From positions 38,816 through 102,815 of the forward strand of contig DF237273.1 of assembly GCA_000708835.1 (NCBI GenBank): a stretch of DNA of 64,000 nt. Direction: 5' to 3'. The notes beneath the pieces are model-generated. The model searched no databases. It saw only the letters and a list, made by a program, of their open reading frames with translations, and was not told the DNA's origin. Made by a program: the position numbers and the translations under genes. Positions 48,901-61,369 of this stretch are shown piece by piece (the first letter of the stretch is position 1; every line of letters begins with the position of its first letter). Origin of the DNA: Klebsormidium nitens. Taxonomy: Eukaryota; Plantae; Klebsormidiophyceae.

Positions 48901-51071
48901 CGTCGAGACCCGATGCGCGAGACGCTGGACGTGGTGAGGGCGAAGCTAGGCAATGGAGCCAAGAGGATGACTGGTTGCAACGGGCGCAGTCCCCTGCGGC
49001 TGGAGAAGCAGCGCACGCACGGCCGCGCCCTCAGCAAGGCTCGGTCAGTGCCCCGCCAGGGTACCCGCCCGCCTTTTACATCCCCCACGTCGGCATTCCG
49101 TATGGACCGGCCTTTTCCTGGGAGGCTGCGGGAGGCCTCTCGTTGAACCCCAGCATGAGTGGGCGGGGTGTGGGGACGGCCAGCGGCGCTGCGCAGCCCT
49201 CCCTTGGCGCAGCAACGGAGAGCCAGGACCCGAGCAGAAGTGCGGACGACGAGTCCGCCTCGGACGAGGACCTTCTGGAGGGGGACCTGGAGGCCCACCT
49301 GCGCAGCCTCGAGTTCGGGCGGCACTGCCAGCAGCAAGTCGACCGCGGCCAAAAATGGCAGCCGCCGTTGCCCCCGCCGCAGGCACCGCCCGGCGCGCCA
49401 CCTCAGGGGCAGTACGGGAACTCCTTCTCGGGTTCTGCCCCGCAGCAGAAGGGCCAGCCGCGCTCCAACAGCCACCCCGGCGCTCATGCCCCCCACATAT
49501 ACGGCCCCACGCTTCGGTCCCCGCAAGGGGGCCCGACACCGCACTGGCAGCAGCCCCCCCAGCAGCAGCACAAGTTCAGCGGGAAGGGCCAGCGCAGCGG
49601 GGGATCCCTCACCCTGCAGCGGCACGGAGAGGAGGCGTTCCGCCAGATGCGGGGGGGCGAGGGGCGCAGCGCGGGGGTGTACTCGGACCCCGGGCGATTG
49701 TACATGCCGCAGGGACACGGCGTTGGGGTGCATTTCCTGGAGGGCGATGCGCGGCAGCCCGCTGACCTGTTTGCGCGGGGGGGCGTGGTGCGTGGCGACA
49801 GTTCCTGTAAACGCTTTCGTACCCGTTTTCGCGCGTAGGCAACAAGTTGTTCGTGCCAGGTCACCTGCTTCCTGTCCTACCTCTGTGCTGATTTTGGAAG
49901 CGGTCGACGGGAAAGCAAGCTTCAGGTTGATTCCTGCCTGCTCATCCCGTTTCTTGTTTGCCACAGGGCCCTGGCATCCCACGCGTGCGCAGCGCTGACA
50001 GCTACTCCTCGGAGGGCCTGCACCTGGACCCGCGCGGCCCGTCCGCGCGCTACCTCGACGCGCGCATGCAGTCCCCGCGCATCGCTCGCGTGCCCATCCG
50101 AGTGGGCGCTTCCGCTGACTTCCGCTTACACCAGTACTCTCCTAAAGACGGGCTTGACATTCGGGAACAGGGCCGGGGGGGGCGTGATGGCTCAGAGAGG
50201 CCAGACTGGCAAGTGGCCGGTGGGTACTTCCCGGGGACGAGCGTGTCGCCCCGCCTGGAGGCACCCATGGCTGGTTTCAACCCGGCCCACTGGCTCGTGG
50301 GAGTCCGCCGAGGAGCTCCGTCTGAGGCCTTCGGCCAGGGAGCACCGAAAGGCTATCCCACCCCCCCGCAGCAGCCGAGCACGGGCGCAACTGACGAGCG
50401 GCCGCGGAGTGTGCCAGGGGTCCCGGCAGGGGCCATCCAGGAGGACACCTCGGCGACACCAAAGTTAAGATCGATCCGGGAGTCCGAGGAGAGGGATCCC
50501 CTTCCGGGGCTCCTTGAAAAGGAGGCAGGCGCAGAAGGGGGGCAACGGAGAGGGGAGGGCTGGGAACGCCCCTCTCAGCCGCAGCGAGGGGCGGATGTGC
50601 AGCCGGGTGGCAGGGACGTGGAAGAAGCTGGCCGGGAGCTGGAGCGGCAAGCGTCGGGCGGCAGCGCTGCGGGGCTGGAGCAGCAGGCGGGGGGCGGAAA
50701 CGCAGCGGGGCCAGAGGAAGGCACGGAGGCGGAGGAGAGGTAAGCGGGAGCTTTTAAACGACTGCCTGCGATCGGTGTAGTCAGTATGATTCGATTGGAA
50801 CTGGTAAGAGACAGGGCTCTGCAGAGGACTGAGTGTGAGTCCTGTGTGACGTGCTGAAGGATGCATCGGCGGGGTCGTCGGTCGAAGAGCCCAGATCCTC
50901 GATACCATTGGTGCTATAACGCTCCGCCCTTCTGTGTGCTACAGCAGCCAACAGTTCAGCGAGGAGGACTTCCCTCCATTGTCAACCAAAGCGCAGCCTG
51001 GCGGCCGGAGTAAGCCGGGGTCAGCCAGCCCTCGGTCTGGGAAGAACTCCCCCAAGGGCGGAGGCGCATAG
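42934..51071 (+). CDS. Non-canonical poly(A)-polymerase-like nucleotidyltransferase (plant NTP / PAP-OAS1 substrate-binding family) with a very long disordered C-terminus
   Basis: RRRAIVNYVCNLI, TFGSVPLKTYLPDGDIDV (GS...DxD), VKLIKCLIENIVVDISFNQ (third Asp), HLFKRSVILVKAWCYYESRILGAHHGLISTYALETLV, FDWDKHCLSL, MNIQDPL...NNLGRSVSKGNLSRIRTA. Later exons encode a G/R/E/S/Q/P-rich tail ending ...FSEEDFPPLS...GGGA* (TAG 51069-51071). Confidence 0.88.
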
Positions 51072-51339
51072 GGGCGCAAAGGCGACTGGAATAAGAGGAG
51101 GTGGTGCTGGAGGCAGCGGATTGGCGCTGTCTATGGTCTGAGCTCCGGTATTTTTGGAATGGGTTTTGCGGAGGGGTGGTGCCAGATGGGCAGTCTTGAT
51201 GCCGTTGTGAATTGCAGCAAGTCAGTGCATGCCGACGCCATTTGTATCATTATCTTCACGCGGAATAAGCATGCACCGCTTGTGCAACCGTCGTCTTTTT
51301 CGTCTTAAACGACGTTCTTTTTGTCAGTCCTTCACCGTC

Positions 51340-52140
51340 ATGCACGAGGTTCACTAGATAAACATACTTGGCCAATCTGCATGGCATAATCAAGTTACTT
51401 GGCGCCTTACTAAGTTGGATGACGATGTATAGCTCGTAGATCATTTGCAGTGGTGCACGATAGCACGCTTATTGAGTTCTCAATGGCATGTGCAGCTCCG
51501 ATTAGCCGCTATATAGCTAGATGGAAAGTATCGTGCCCGCATGAATGAGTGTCGGATCCGGACTCCATATGATCGGTCGGATCGAGCATGTGCTTAAAGA
51601 GCACGTTGGACTTGATATACCGTCCGAACCGGCGAAATGTTGGATCCAACTTGGGCTCGAGCTAGTGAAATGTTCTAGCACCTTTGGCAAGCGCGCTCGC
51701 GACTTTCTCCGTAAAAGTGAGCAATCGAAACTCGGTCGAGCCAACTTTTCTCCTTTTTCCGCTCGCCGCGCACATCGAGTGCGCGGTCTCGGTTACGTAC
51801 AGTGGTTTTGGTTTCCGAAGTCACGCATGCAAAACTGCCGGGCGATACAAATTTGCTGCGTACGCGGCTGACGTCATGCGGATGCATCCGCCGACGCCCT
51901 CTTTAAGCATGTCATTGTGATTATATGCGTCACATGTGCGACTCGCAGACCACGTATGTTGCATGGCACAGTTAGTGTATATAGCGGTAACGGCCGCGGT
52001 CGTTTGGACTCTTAAGGTTAATTATGCGCGACTCGACGACCGTTCACATGGTAAGCTGTACGTGATGGTATACATAGACTGCGGCATGTGACCGGGCCTG
52101 CATTATGCTGTAGACGTAGTGACCATGAAGGTCAGATCGA
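51340..52140. other. Palindrome-dense intergenic tract (nucleotidyltransferase/NDF5-like convergent spacer)
   Basis: About 27 four-base palindromes in 51901-52100 (hand count). Includes the perfect 14-mer GCGGATGCATCCGC and GCGTACGC. Confidence 0.65.
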
Positions 52141-52324
52141 AAACACTGGTCACAGCCAGCTGAACCCCAAACAAATTTGAATCTCCTCCTTTTCAAGTTT
52201 AATTGCAGGATTCCATGCATGACTTTTTGGTCAGGAAACCGAACCGGATAAAATGGGAGATCTAGTGATACGGGCTTCGATTGGCCGAATCATCGGCCCG
52301 GCGCATACGAGCATGCACACGTGT

Positions 52325-55240
52325 TCATTTTTCTAATCGGATCGTTTGTCTACCTTCCCAGCTCTCACCGGGCGCCAGCGTTATCTTTCGGTGGTTCCCG
52401 GCACCAAGACAGAGGAAGCTCGACTCTTGCGTAGATGACCCCGAATCGACAAGAACAACGTCCTCAAATCCTTCCTTGACCAGAGTCATCGTTCGATAGC
52501 CCCCCTGCAAGTGTCCAATATGACCAATCGTTGTCACTGTTCACAAGGATCGGCTGGATTCGAACAACATGCCAAAGAGAGTCCTCACAACCGTCCCGAC
52601 GAAACCTGCGTCCCATCTCATTGAGCACAGAAGCAACACTAGCCAATGACGATTCAACAGCTGCACAGCTTCTCAAAATGAAGAAGGGTTGCGTCCTCAC
52701 TCGGTCGAAGAGGCTGACAGCAGCTTGAGGTTTGCAGTATATCCGCTCTGTGCTCTTCCCTAATGGCACGTCTTGCTGCTTCTCCGCCCCCTTAGCCTGC
52801 ACATCAGAATTGGGCCCACAAATAAGAGATGGGCGCATATTCTCACGGTGTTCGGCAACAATCTTTTGCCTGCGACTGGTGCCCGTTGTCGTGCATAGGG
52901 AGCGAAGCGAAGCAGTAGCGAAAAGTTCTGGAAACCAAGTGAGCCAATAAAGACGCGCGCGAATTTCTGAAATCGCGGAGTGGCGGGAGTGCCTTAGCAG
53001 GCCCCAACTGCCCGCAGCATTTTCGCACGAGCTTCAGGCTCGCTGACGGACGCCACCAGGGACTGACACCTCCGCCTGCCGCAGCGACAGTAGGCCAAGA
53101 CAGACCCAGGCTTCCCTGGCAGCTACCAAGCAGCGGAGCTGCAAAGTGAAACATGAGCTTTTTGAAGAATTGCAACAAGCTTAATTAGCGTACCTTCCAG
53201 TTCCGGTTCAGTTTTGTCCGTGTCACGTACTTGGCCCCCTCAAGCCCCATGACCGTCGCGCCCGCAGGATCCACCACCTCAAGATGCGAATCGAGGGAGG
53301 CGCCAAACGAGAAGGGCCGCGCGTCGCGATTGTGGCAGCGCAGGACGCACACGAGGCGGTCCGGCAGCTGGTGCACCGAGTAGCGCAGAGCGAAGCGGTG
53401 CGGCCACAGCGCGCGCGTCGCGGGGGTGTCCTCCAGGCTCAGCACGATCTGTGGAGGGGAAAGGAGTACCAGACAAAGCTCATTCCTGGTGCACATGCCC
53501 ATCGAATGCCACAACGACAGCAAAACGGGCGTTGAAGACTGTCAAGTGCCGGCCTCCGAACTTTCGTTCCTTCAGAAATGGCAAGTTAACCACAAGGCCA
53601 TCCCGGATCATCAAGAAGGAGGCGCTTTGGAACTTCCTTTGACGGCCTCGCAGAGGTCTCCACACGGGTCGCAATTAGAGACGGCCTTCATCAAAACGTA
53701 CAATCACGCACCGCTTCCGCGAGGCTGTCGTACTTCATCCAGTGGACCATAGGACGTGTCCATAGGCCACATGGGCCTCAAGAGGAAGCAGACCCACCTC
53801 CGCAAAGGCGTCCCCGTCCGCCCACGTGCTGACCACCCGCCACGGCATCTCGCGCACCAGGCTGGCCAGCGAGTTACTGCTTTGAATCCCAGCTGCGCCT
53901 TCTGCCGGCTCTGGAAAGCTGACTGGAATGCCGCCCCGCAGCCAGCCCTGGCCCTCTGCGCGGGTCCTGCAACAGAGACCCCCAATCAATCGCATGTCAA
54001 CACTATGTTCAATGCGTCAGAGACCTCTTTTAACTTACCTGCCTCCATGCTCGTGAATCCTGCCAGCTAAACCATCCCGCTTCAACAGGTTTTTGTCTCA
54101 AAGTGTTCCGCACCAGCCTCAAGATGCCACAACCATCAGAAGCTATCCTGAGCGAATTTCGACTTGAATTTGTCCAGCGGGAAAGAAGCAGGCAGCTGGT
54201 GCGCTTGCCTGTTAAGCTTGCTGTAGATGAGGTCCTCCTTGCCCTTGTGGTACATGACCGCCCGCCACGCGATGACGCGCGCCCCCTCCAGCAGGACCCT
54301 CACGCTGCTGCCCTCCGCCAGCTTGAGCACGGCCACCCGCAGGCCAGACACCTCCTGGAACTCCACACCGGGGCAGCGGAAGCGCTCGCGCAACTCAGGA
54401 ATACTCTGTATGGCTGCCTCAGGCTCTGAGGCGCCTGCAGGGAGTGGGGGTAGATTCTTCGTGAAGGTGAAAACAAGCGCACAGGCTCAAGGATTTGTTC
54501 TCTCCTTTTTCTCAAGTATTTGCGATACATTTACAGTCCAGTATGGCATATACTCTTGGTGGCGCCAAACCGACTTGGTCCCATGTCACTTCCCAAAACA
54601 GCTTTGATGGGTTTTCTGTTCTGGTCAGACTTCCGGGGGCTTTTACGTGATTGGTTGTGAGAAAGTCTCCGACTGTTGATGTTGGTGACGGCGAAAGCCC
54701 CCAGTGTTTCCTTCACACATGACAATTCGGGACGCCTTTTGATGGGGCCCCATTTGCAAAGCAATCATAATGAGTGTTAAGCACAGGGGAAACACCAGCA
54801 TCCAAGCTGGAAATATTGTGCAGGCTCACTGCCAACACCACCAAGTTGCCCACTTCTCGCACTTACTGGGCGGTTCAAACAATTCTGATTGTGAAGAGGG
54901 TCATCAGGAACGCACCTTGATCATTGCTGCTCTCTGCAATTTCCACAGAGGCAGCATTGCACTGAAGGAGACTACCACCACTCCGAGATCGATGTGCTGT
55001 AGCGAAGAAAGTTTTCGTAGGTGTAGTGGGAAGAACTGGTCTGTTCCAGCTTTCCCTCCTCCATCCAGGTTTTCTTGTTACTGCTGTAGGACCTCTGGTA
55101 CAACTGTCTACTAGGAAAGGACCCCACACTGGGACATTGCTCAAAGCGCATGGGCTAGCCACACACGTGCTTTTTGCTGGAAACCTTCCGGAAGATGAAA
55201 CGATTGAGGCAGAGGACAGGTGTCTAGAACAGGACGCCAT
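52325..55240 (-). CDS. NDF5: Plastid-targeted galactose-mutarotase-fold protein, NDF5/PnsB2-like
   Basis: A Ser/Arg-rich transit peptide exon (55240-54914) is followed by ERFRCPGVEFQEVSGLRVAVLKLAEGSSVRVLLEGARVIAWRAVMYHKGKEDLIYS, LRGGIPVSFP, SLDSHLEVVDPAGATVMGLEG, TERIY, EGFEDVV and ITLAPGESWEGRQTI. The fold call is firm; the NDF5 orthology rests on remembered similarity and needs a phylogeny. Confidence 0.7.
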
Positions 55241-56100
55241 GAATCAAGTAACAGAGACCGACCCTGCTGAGGCGTCCACGACTTTTCCCTTTGCATCAAC
55301 ATTCCGCATTTTGGCATTTTTGCACGTCGATCAGGATTCAGGAGCTCAACTTCACTGTGGCAAGTAGTACAAAGAACTTTGTAAAAGTGTTAACAGCCGC
55401 GTGTTACCAAGGCCGGCACTGTCGGCCGCCAGATTGCCGATGATCCCGTCGTCGCCCGTGCGGTAGCGCGTCATCCAACATTCCTCACAAAAGCACCGTG
55501 CGACCCTAGGGCCTATGCTTCTATCTACCGGGCAGAGTCTAACTAGCAACAAGCCTTCCTACATGACCGAACAGTAACCTTTCTCAAGTCAAGTACCAAA
55601 CCGGGGTCTGAACAAACAACAGCACTGAAGCCCCAGACCCAAGCTCAGTATACCGTGTCAGCTTGGAAGATTTAACCCGTCATCGAGCAAACCCTGAAAA
55701 ATCACCTCGCTGCCGCCCCGCGCCGTGCGGCTACCTGACCCTTAAACCAAAACTTAGTTGATCGTCACCGAGGAAAGCAGAGTGCCCGGGGTGCCAAATT
55801 GGCTCAAAGATGCTGACGCAGTCAGACGCACCCTCGCGTAAAAGGAGCATGTGAACACTTTTACAACTTCGTTCTTTGACCTTTTTGCTTCACTGTGGTG
55901 GGGTTTAGGGTTTCGCTTTTGAAGTTCTAGGGCTGGGGTTTAGCTTTTGCAGATTGTAATGCAGGGAAAGGGGGCGCCCACAATGCCAGAGCCCGCTTTA
56001 GCTTAGCTAAGCCGCAGCTATGGGGGACAAGTGGTCTCCAAACGTTGCCTAGTGCAGTGGGAAAGTGCGCTAGCCATTGGAGCCTGTAGCAAATGAGCTA

Positions 56101-59100
56101 ATGCAGCCCAAGGGCGTTACACGGAGGTGCAACATGGCGCTGCTTCAAGAGGTGCATTTGGGAGACTGTGGGACGCAAACAGCCTTCAAGATTCTGAATG
56201 CATCTCCAGGTCTGGGGTTGTGCTGCCCCCCTGGTTGGGCCGCAGGTGGCTGTGGTCGATATCACTGGAGGAAGAGAAAGCACCTGAGGAGCAATCCAGG
56301 CCCCCAATGTTTCGCCATGTCTGGAAGCATCGAAGATAAGTTGATGCTCTCAACAAATGTGGCTGCTCCTGGGCTAGCTGACAGCGCCCATGCAAAACAA
56401 TCGAGCACCTTTCACAAAAGGCGCACCACCACCGAAGAGAGGCCAAAAACAGACAACACTAAGTTTGTCAAACCCAAGACTGTGGGCCACTCTCCGGTGC
56501 CCCCTGCCCCCAAGCTGAAAAGTAGACCAAACAAGGAGAGGGAGTGCAATTCCCTGTTGTCTCAATGTACACGCACTGACGAGGTTTTCAGAGTTGTGGA
56601 TACGCTTGGCCCCACTTTCACCACCGTCAATGCTGTGACGGCCTTTTATACATTAGCACGGTTGAGCAAGGGCCTGCGGCCGTCCCAGAAAGCAGCCCTC
56701 CGCAGCGACCCCCGGATGCGCCGGGTCGCTCGGTTGGCGCACTCCAAGATCCTCGCCTGTGGCTGGCGCAGCCTCGCCAACCTGGCCTGGTGAGGGGCCC
56801 CCTCCAGCTGCCAGCTGGCATGTCTACCTGTCAAAGTCAGCGCGCCAAGGACCAAAATCTTCATCTGGACACTTTCTGATGCTCGGAATGAGCGCCCCAA
56901 TGTGGGTCCACAGATGTCAGCCAATCGCCACTTGTTCTCATGTAGTTCTTACGACTCTCCTTTTTGATGTCTCTTCAAGGTGTCCAGACAGAGCTTTTCA
57001 TTCTCGTGCAGGGCGGAGGCCCATCTCCAGATTGGCGGTCCCAGCTTCTTTGAGGCAATTGCGGAGGCTGCCGTACAACTGCCCCTGGAGCGCCCCCCCA
57101 AACCCCAGGAGCTGGTGGCACTCGTGAGCAGACGCTGGCCCGCACTGTCGCAATCGCTGTGGAAATAACCTTGTCAAGTTGACCTCAGTAACCGGTTCCC
57201 ATGCGGGATGGATCAGGCCTCAGTCCGTCATCTCTAGAAATCCTGCAAGATTCGGATTCTAAGAAGAACGGATGATACATGGGCGCCTTTGAAAAAGATT
57301 TGGAGAACGCAAAGGCACAGTGACCAAGCTCCACAAGTGGCTGACAGTGTTGCCAATTAGCATCACCGTGGAGGCCTTATGGACTGCACAACATCTCGCC
57401 TGCGCCTTTGAATTGCAGGTCTCGGGTTTCGCTCGCTGCGGCACGTCCGCTCCGGCCATGTTTCAGCGTGTTGCGGAACTCGTCGAGCCGTGTGTAGCTG
57501 ACTACGATGGCTGGCAGATCGCCCAGCTGGCCTGGTAAGTCCCACCGCCAGTTGCAATTCCAAATAGGGGCCACTTCTGGGCTTGTTATGCTGCCCTGTG
57601 AGTTCTGAATTCCTGGCGCTGGAGCTGGTGAGGATGACGTATGGCGGATGCGGAATAGTGTTTGGTTCCCATCGAAGCTGCGTCTTTTGACAAACAGCGT
57701 CGAGGGCCTGAACAACTGTGCCTCGTCGCCATGATTGCGGTCTTGCTGCTGATCCGCAGGGCGTTTGCCAAGGCGAGTCCGCAGTCCACAGACGTGGGGC
57801 TCTGGGCTGCCCTCCAGGGAGAAGCGCTGCGCCGCCTAGACACGCTCACCCCGCAGAGCCTCAGCCTGCTGCTCGGGTGAGCCGCCACAGATACCCGCTG
57901 ACGAGATGGTCGATATCGATCACAACGAAGAAAGCAGTGCAAAGAACGAGCGTCGCCAGCAAGCGAGGCATACGTGAATCAAGGGGAAGAGGGGCTGTGC
58001 TGTTTGCACGTTGAAGGCTTGTGCATTCAGGCCATCCGCATTCAAGATTGACAGCATCCTGTTCGGGGCTTGCGAGTGTCTGGAAACGTGACGCTAGCGT
58101 CTCGTACTGGCGCGGGGCACTGCAGCCCAGTCGTCCGCTCAGGATTGGCAGCGTATTAAGTTGTGACAGAGCTGGTTGGGTGGCCCTGGGTTAGCCGGCT
58201 CTGAATGCGGTGCTGTGTGCAGGTCCTGGACGGAGGTGGGCGTGGCTGACGAAGACTGCTTCGACCGCATTGCGGCCGCCATTGCGCCTCGTGTTCATGA
58301 GTACCCCCCCGTCGACATCTCCTTCACTGCAAGGTGAGCGGCGTCGAGCCAGCGGCCTTAGACGAGACAGAACACCACTGCCAGTGTCGAGCCTTTCCTT
58401 CTTCGCTAGTGAACAAAGCGTAGAGAGAAAGTTCCCGAATGCTATAACTTTATTGGACAGCTGCTATCGTTTGGCCAGCTCACAAGTCTCCATAATGAAG
58501 AGCAGCTGCCAGGCGTTTCGTGGTGGGGCCCCACCTCGAAAAGCGGCCCCGAGTTCTGCCTGCGCCTGATATCCCTGCCCGCCCTAACATCTCGGCGGTG
58601 CGCTCTTGCAGGGCCTTCGCCAAGACGGGGCGCGACTATTCGCCTCTGATGGCCGCCTTGGCGGAGCGCAGCAAGGCCGTCGTGCACGACTTCGCTCCCG
58701 AGAACTTAGCGGCCCTCATCTGGTACGGCACGTTCCACCCGCTCTCCGCAGACCCTGTCCCACGTCATCTGCGTAATGATCCTACATTTGCTGCTTAGCG
58801 CCATTGCATGTGCCTAAGAATCTTGACTGGCTGCACGCAATGACGACTCGTGGCTCCTCATTGAACCCGTCACCTGCGATACGCCGCCTTTCTCTCGAGC
58901 GGTGCCCAATCAACGGCCGTATGTTGCGGTTTTGCGGTGCAGGTCGTTCGGCGCCGCCCGCTACTACGACGAGGACCTGCTGCGCACGCTCCTTGCGGCC
59001 CACACGCCCACGGTCGCTGCTCTGACGCCACTCGAGGCCAGCAACCTGCTCTGGTGGGCAAGCCTTCGGCCTAACTTCATGGAAGAGGCCTTATCATGCC

Positions 59101-61292
59101 GTTCCGTGCTCGTACTCTTTCTTGCCTGCTAGCAGGCTGGGTCTCTCCCTCGCTCGATCTTGTGCTGGCCGGTTTGAAGTACAACGATCCAATCGAGCAG
59201 GTCGAACGTTTCGCCAGAGGTGTACGCCGTTCTCCTGACAGACTTGCCTGCTTATTGCCTTTCACTGATGAGCACTATACCGTCTGCTCTCCTCACTTGT
59301 GACGCGTGTGCGGCGTGCAGGGGCCTGGCCATGCTGCGCTACTTCGACCCCGCGTTCCTGGACGCCATGGCGGCCTCCGTGTGCGTGCGCGTGGCCGAGT
59401 TCGAGGACACGCACCTGGCGAGCGTGCTCTTCGCGTATGCCTCCTTCGGGGCCGCCGGGCCGCCCGACTTCCTGCCCACGCTCGCACGCGAGGTCAGCCG
59501 CGCTATGATGAGTGGACGCGTTCGTTTCGCCTTCCTGTTGAAACCTGCGATCTTCCGGACTCGCTTCCCTTCGCCCTTTCTCAGGCTCGCACAAAGCCAC
59601 AAGTCAACGCCAGTGTGTAATCTAGTCCACTCAGATCACCCTCAGATCAGCAGTAGCTGTGGAAATTCACGGGCTGGCCTCCCTGCAAATGTCAGTTTTC
59701 CGCAAACACCCCAGCTCGTGTTTTTCGCTTGCCGCCACCTGACGATTCTCATCGAACTTCGGGTGCAGGTACTCCGCCGATTGCGAACCGGTGCTGAGTT
59801 CAAGCGCGCGTCGCTGGTGAACATTGCGTGGGGGTTCATGGTGCTGGGCTGCTACCCCCCCGCCCTGTTCGCTGCCATGCGGCCCGCGCTGTACCGCGGC
59901 CCCTTCCTCGCGCACGAGGCCGCCAAGCTGCACCAGCTCGAGCTCGCGCTGCGCCTCGAGGCGCCCACCATTGCGCCGCCCCACCCGCCGGGCGACGTGG
60001 CCGCTCTCCTGGAAGACCTCTGGCAGCAGGGCGACGCTAAGTACCGCGCCAAGGTGTGGGGCCCGCGCCTTGAGAGACTCGTTCGCCGGGTCTCAGCTCG
60101 CTGCAACACAGGCGGCCGCTCGAGTCCCGAGACTGTCCGAGTTGCCCGCACTTGAGCTCTATTAAGAACTCGCTTCGGAAGCAACGTACAAGGACCGCTT
60201 CTGAGGTGTCCCAACGTTTCCCCAGCAACGGCTTTGGCTTGCATTGCATGCGCTGGCATGCACCTGAACGTTATTGTGAAAGCAAGAGAGCCATCGATTT
60301 AGGCAACCGTCTGCCTGCCAATTGGGAACGGCCGATCAACCCGCCCTCGAGCTGATCCTGGGCGTGTGCCCGCCCTGCGTGCAGCTGTATTGGGCCAAGA
60401 TGAACCAGGGGGCCCAGGTGGTGACGTCGGCGCTGCAGCGCGACGTGCACGCGTCCTTGGAGCGGCTGGGCGTGGCGGCGCACGAGGAGTACGCGGACGG
60501 CGACCACGTGCTCGACATTGCGCTGCCCGCGCAGCGCATCGCCGTCGAGGTGGACGGGCCGCACCACTTCGCCGCCAATGCGCGCCGCACCCCGCTCGGG
60601 CCCACGCGCCTCAAGCACCGCCTGCTGCGCAGGCGCGGTTGGCGCCTCATCACGGTGAGGCGGGCGAGGATGGGCCGTGACGGAGGGGAGCAGTGCGGTT
60701 TGTTGGAGATGCCGCCCCTGCGCGACGACCTGTTCGTTGCAAAGCAAGCTGACTGGCTTTGATGAGACCATCGCAAAGACCAGATTGATTCGCATTTTTG
60801 CAGTGGGGTATGCTGGCTCGCAATAGCCAGACAAACTGTAAGTTTTTGTTGTGGATCTGGCCTTTGCGGTTGGACTGAGCCGCTGAGGCGCTGCCTGTTG
60901 GGTGGCCGCAGGTGCCCCATTACGAATGGGAGGCGCTGAGCGGCGACGAGGCGCGGGATGAGCACATGCGGCAGCGCCTGGAGCCCCTGGTGCGCGCCGC
61001 GCAGGAAGACGCGGCAAAGGAGGCACCCGCCCCAGCCGGGCAGCCACCTGCAGAACAGAGCGGGCGGCCGTCATCAGATGCGCCCGCCAACAACCACCAG
61101 GAGAGACGACCAAGCCAAGAAGCGCAGGCGGAGATACTGGCACGCTCGGAGAAGCTGAAAATGCTGGCGGCGTCGAGGGGCAAAACGGGCAAAATAGACA
61201 TGTTGAAAAGGGCAGCCGTTCGACGTGCTCTGTTATCAAAAGGCGGGACTAAAGACAGCGACTTGGACTCGAATCAAGCTACAGGTGATTGA
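56101..61292 (+). CDS. OPR-like helical-repeat protein with C-terminal RAP domain (organellar RNA metabolism)
   Basis: Repeats of about 38 aa ending in SLANLAW, WQIAQLAWAFAK, TPQSLSLLLGSW, APENLAALIW, TPLEASNLLWGLAML, DTHLASVLFAYASFG and RASLVNIAWGFMVLG. RAP domain: LDIALPAQRIAVEVDGPHHF...GPTRLKHRLLRRRGWRLITVPHYEW. The start codon is uncertain. Confidence 0.85.
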
Positions 61293-61369
61293 CTGGCTGC
61301 AGGTCTTACTGTCCTGACCATTTCTGTCGAGTTGGCCGACATGTTGAATTATAGCCTGAGCAATCATGG

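Noticed and set aside
48699-49982. 427-aa minus-strand ORF, and similar long antisense or alternate-frame ORFs at 282-989, 10142-11391, 46171-46890 and 60271-61239
   Set aside because: They are shadows of GC-rich coding exons of identified genes, with no recognisable motifs or splice logic.
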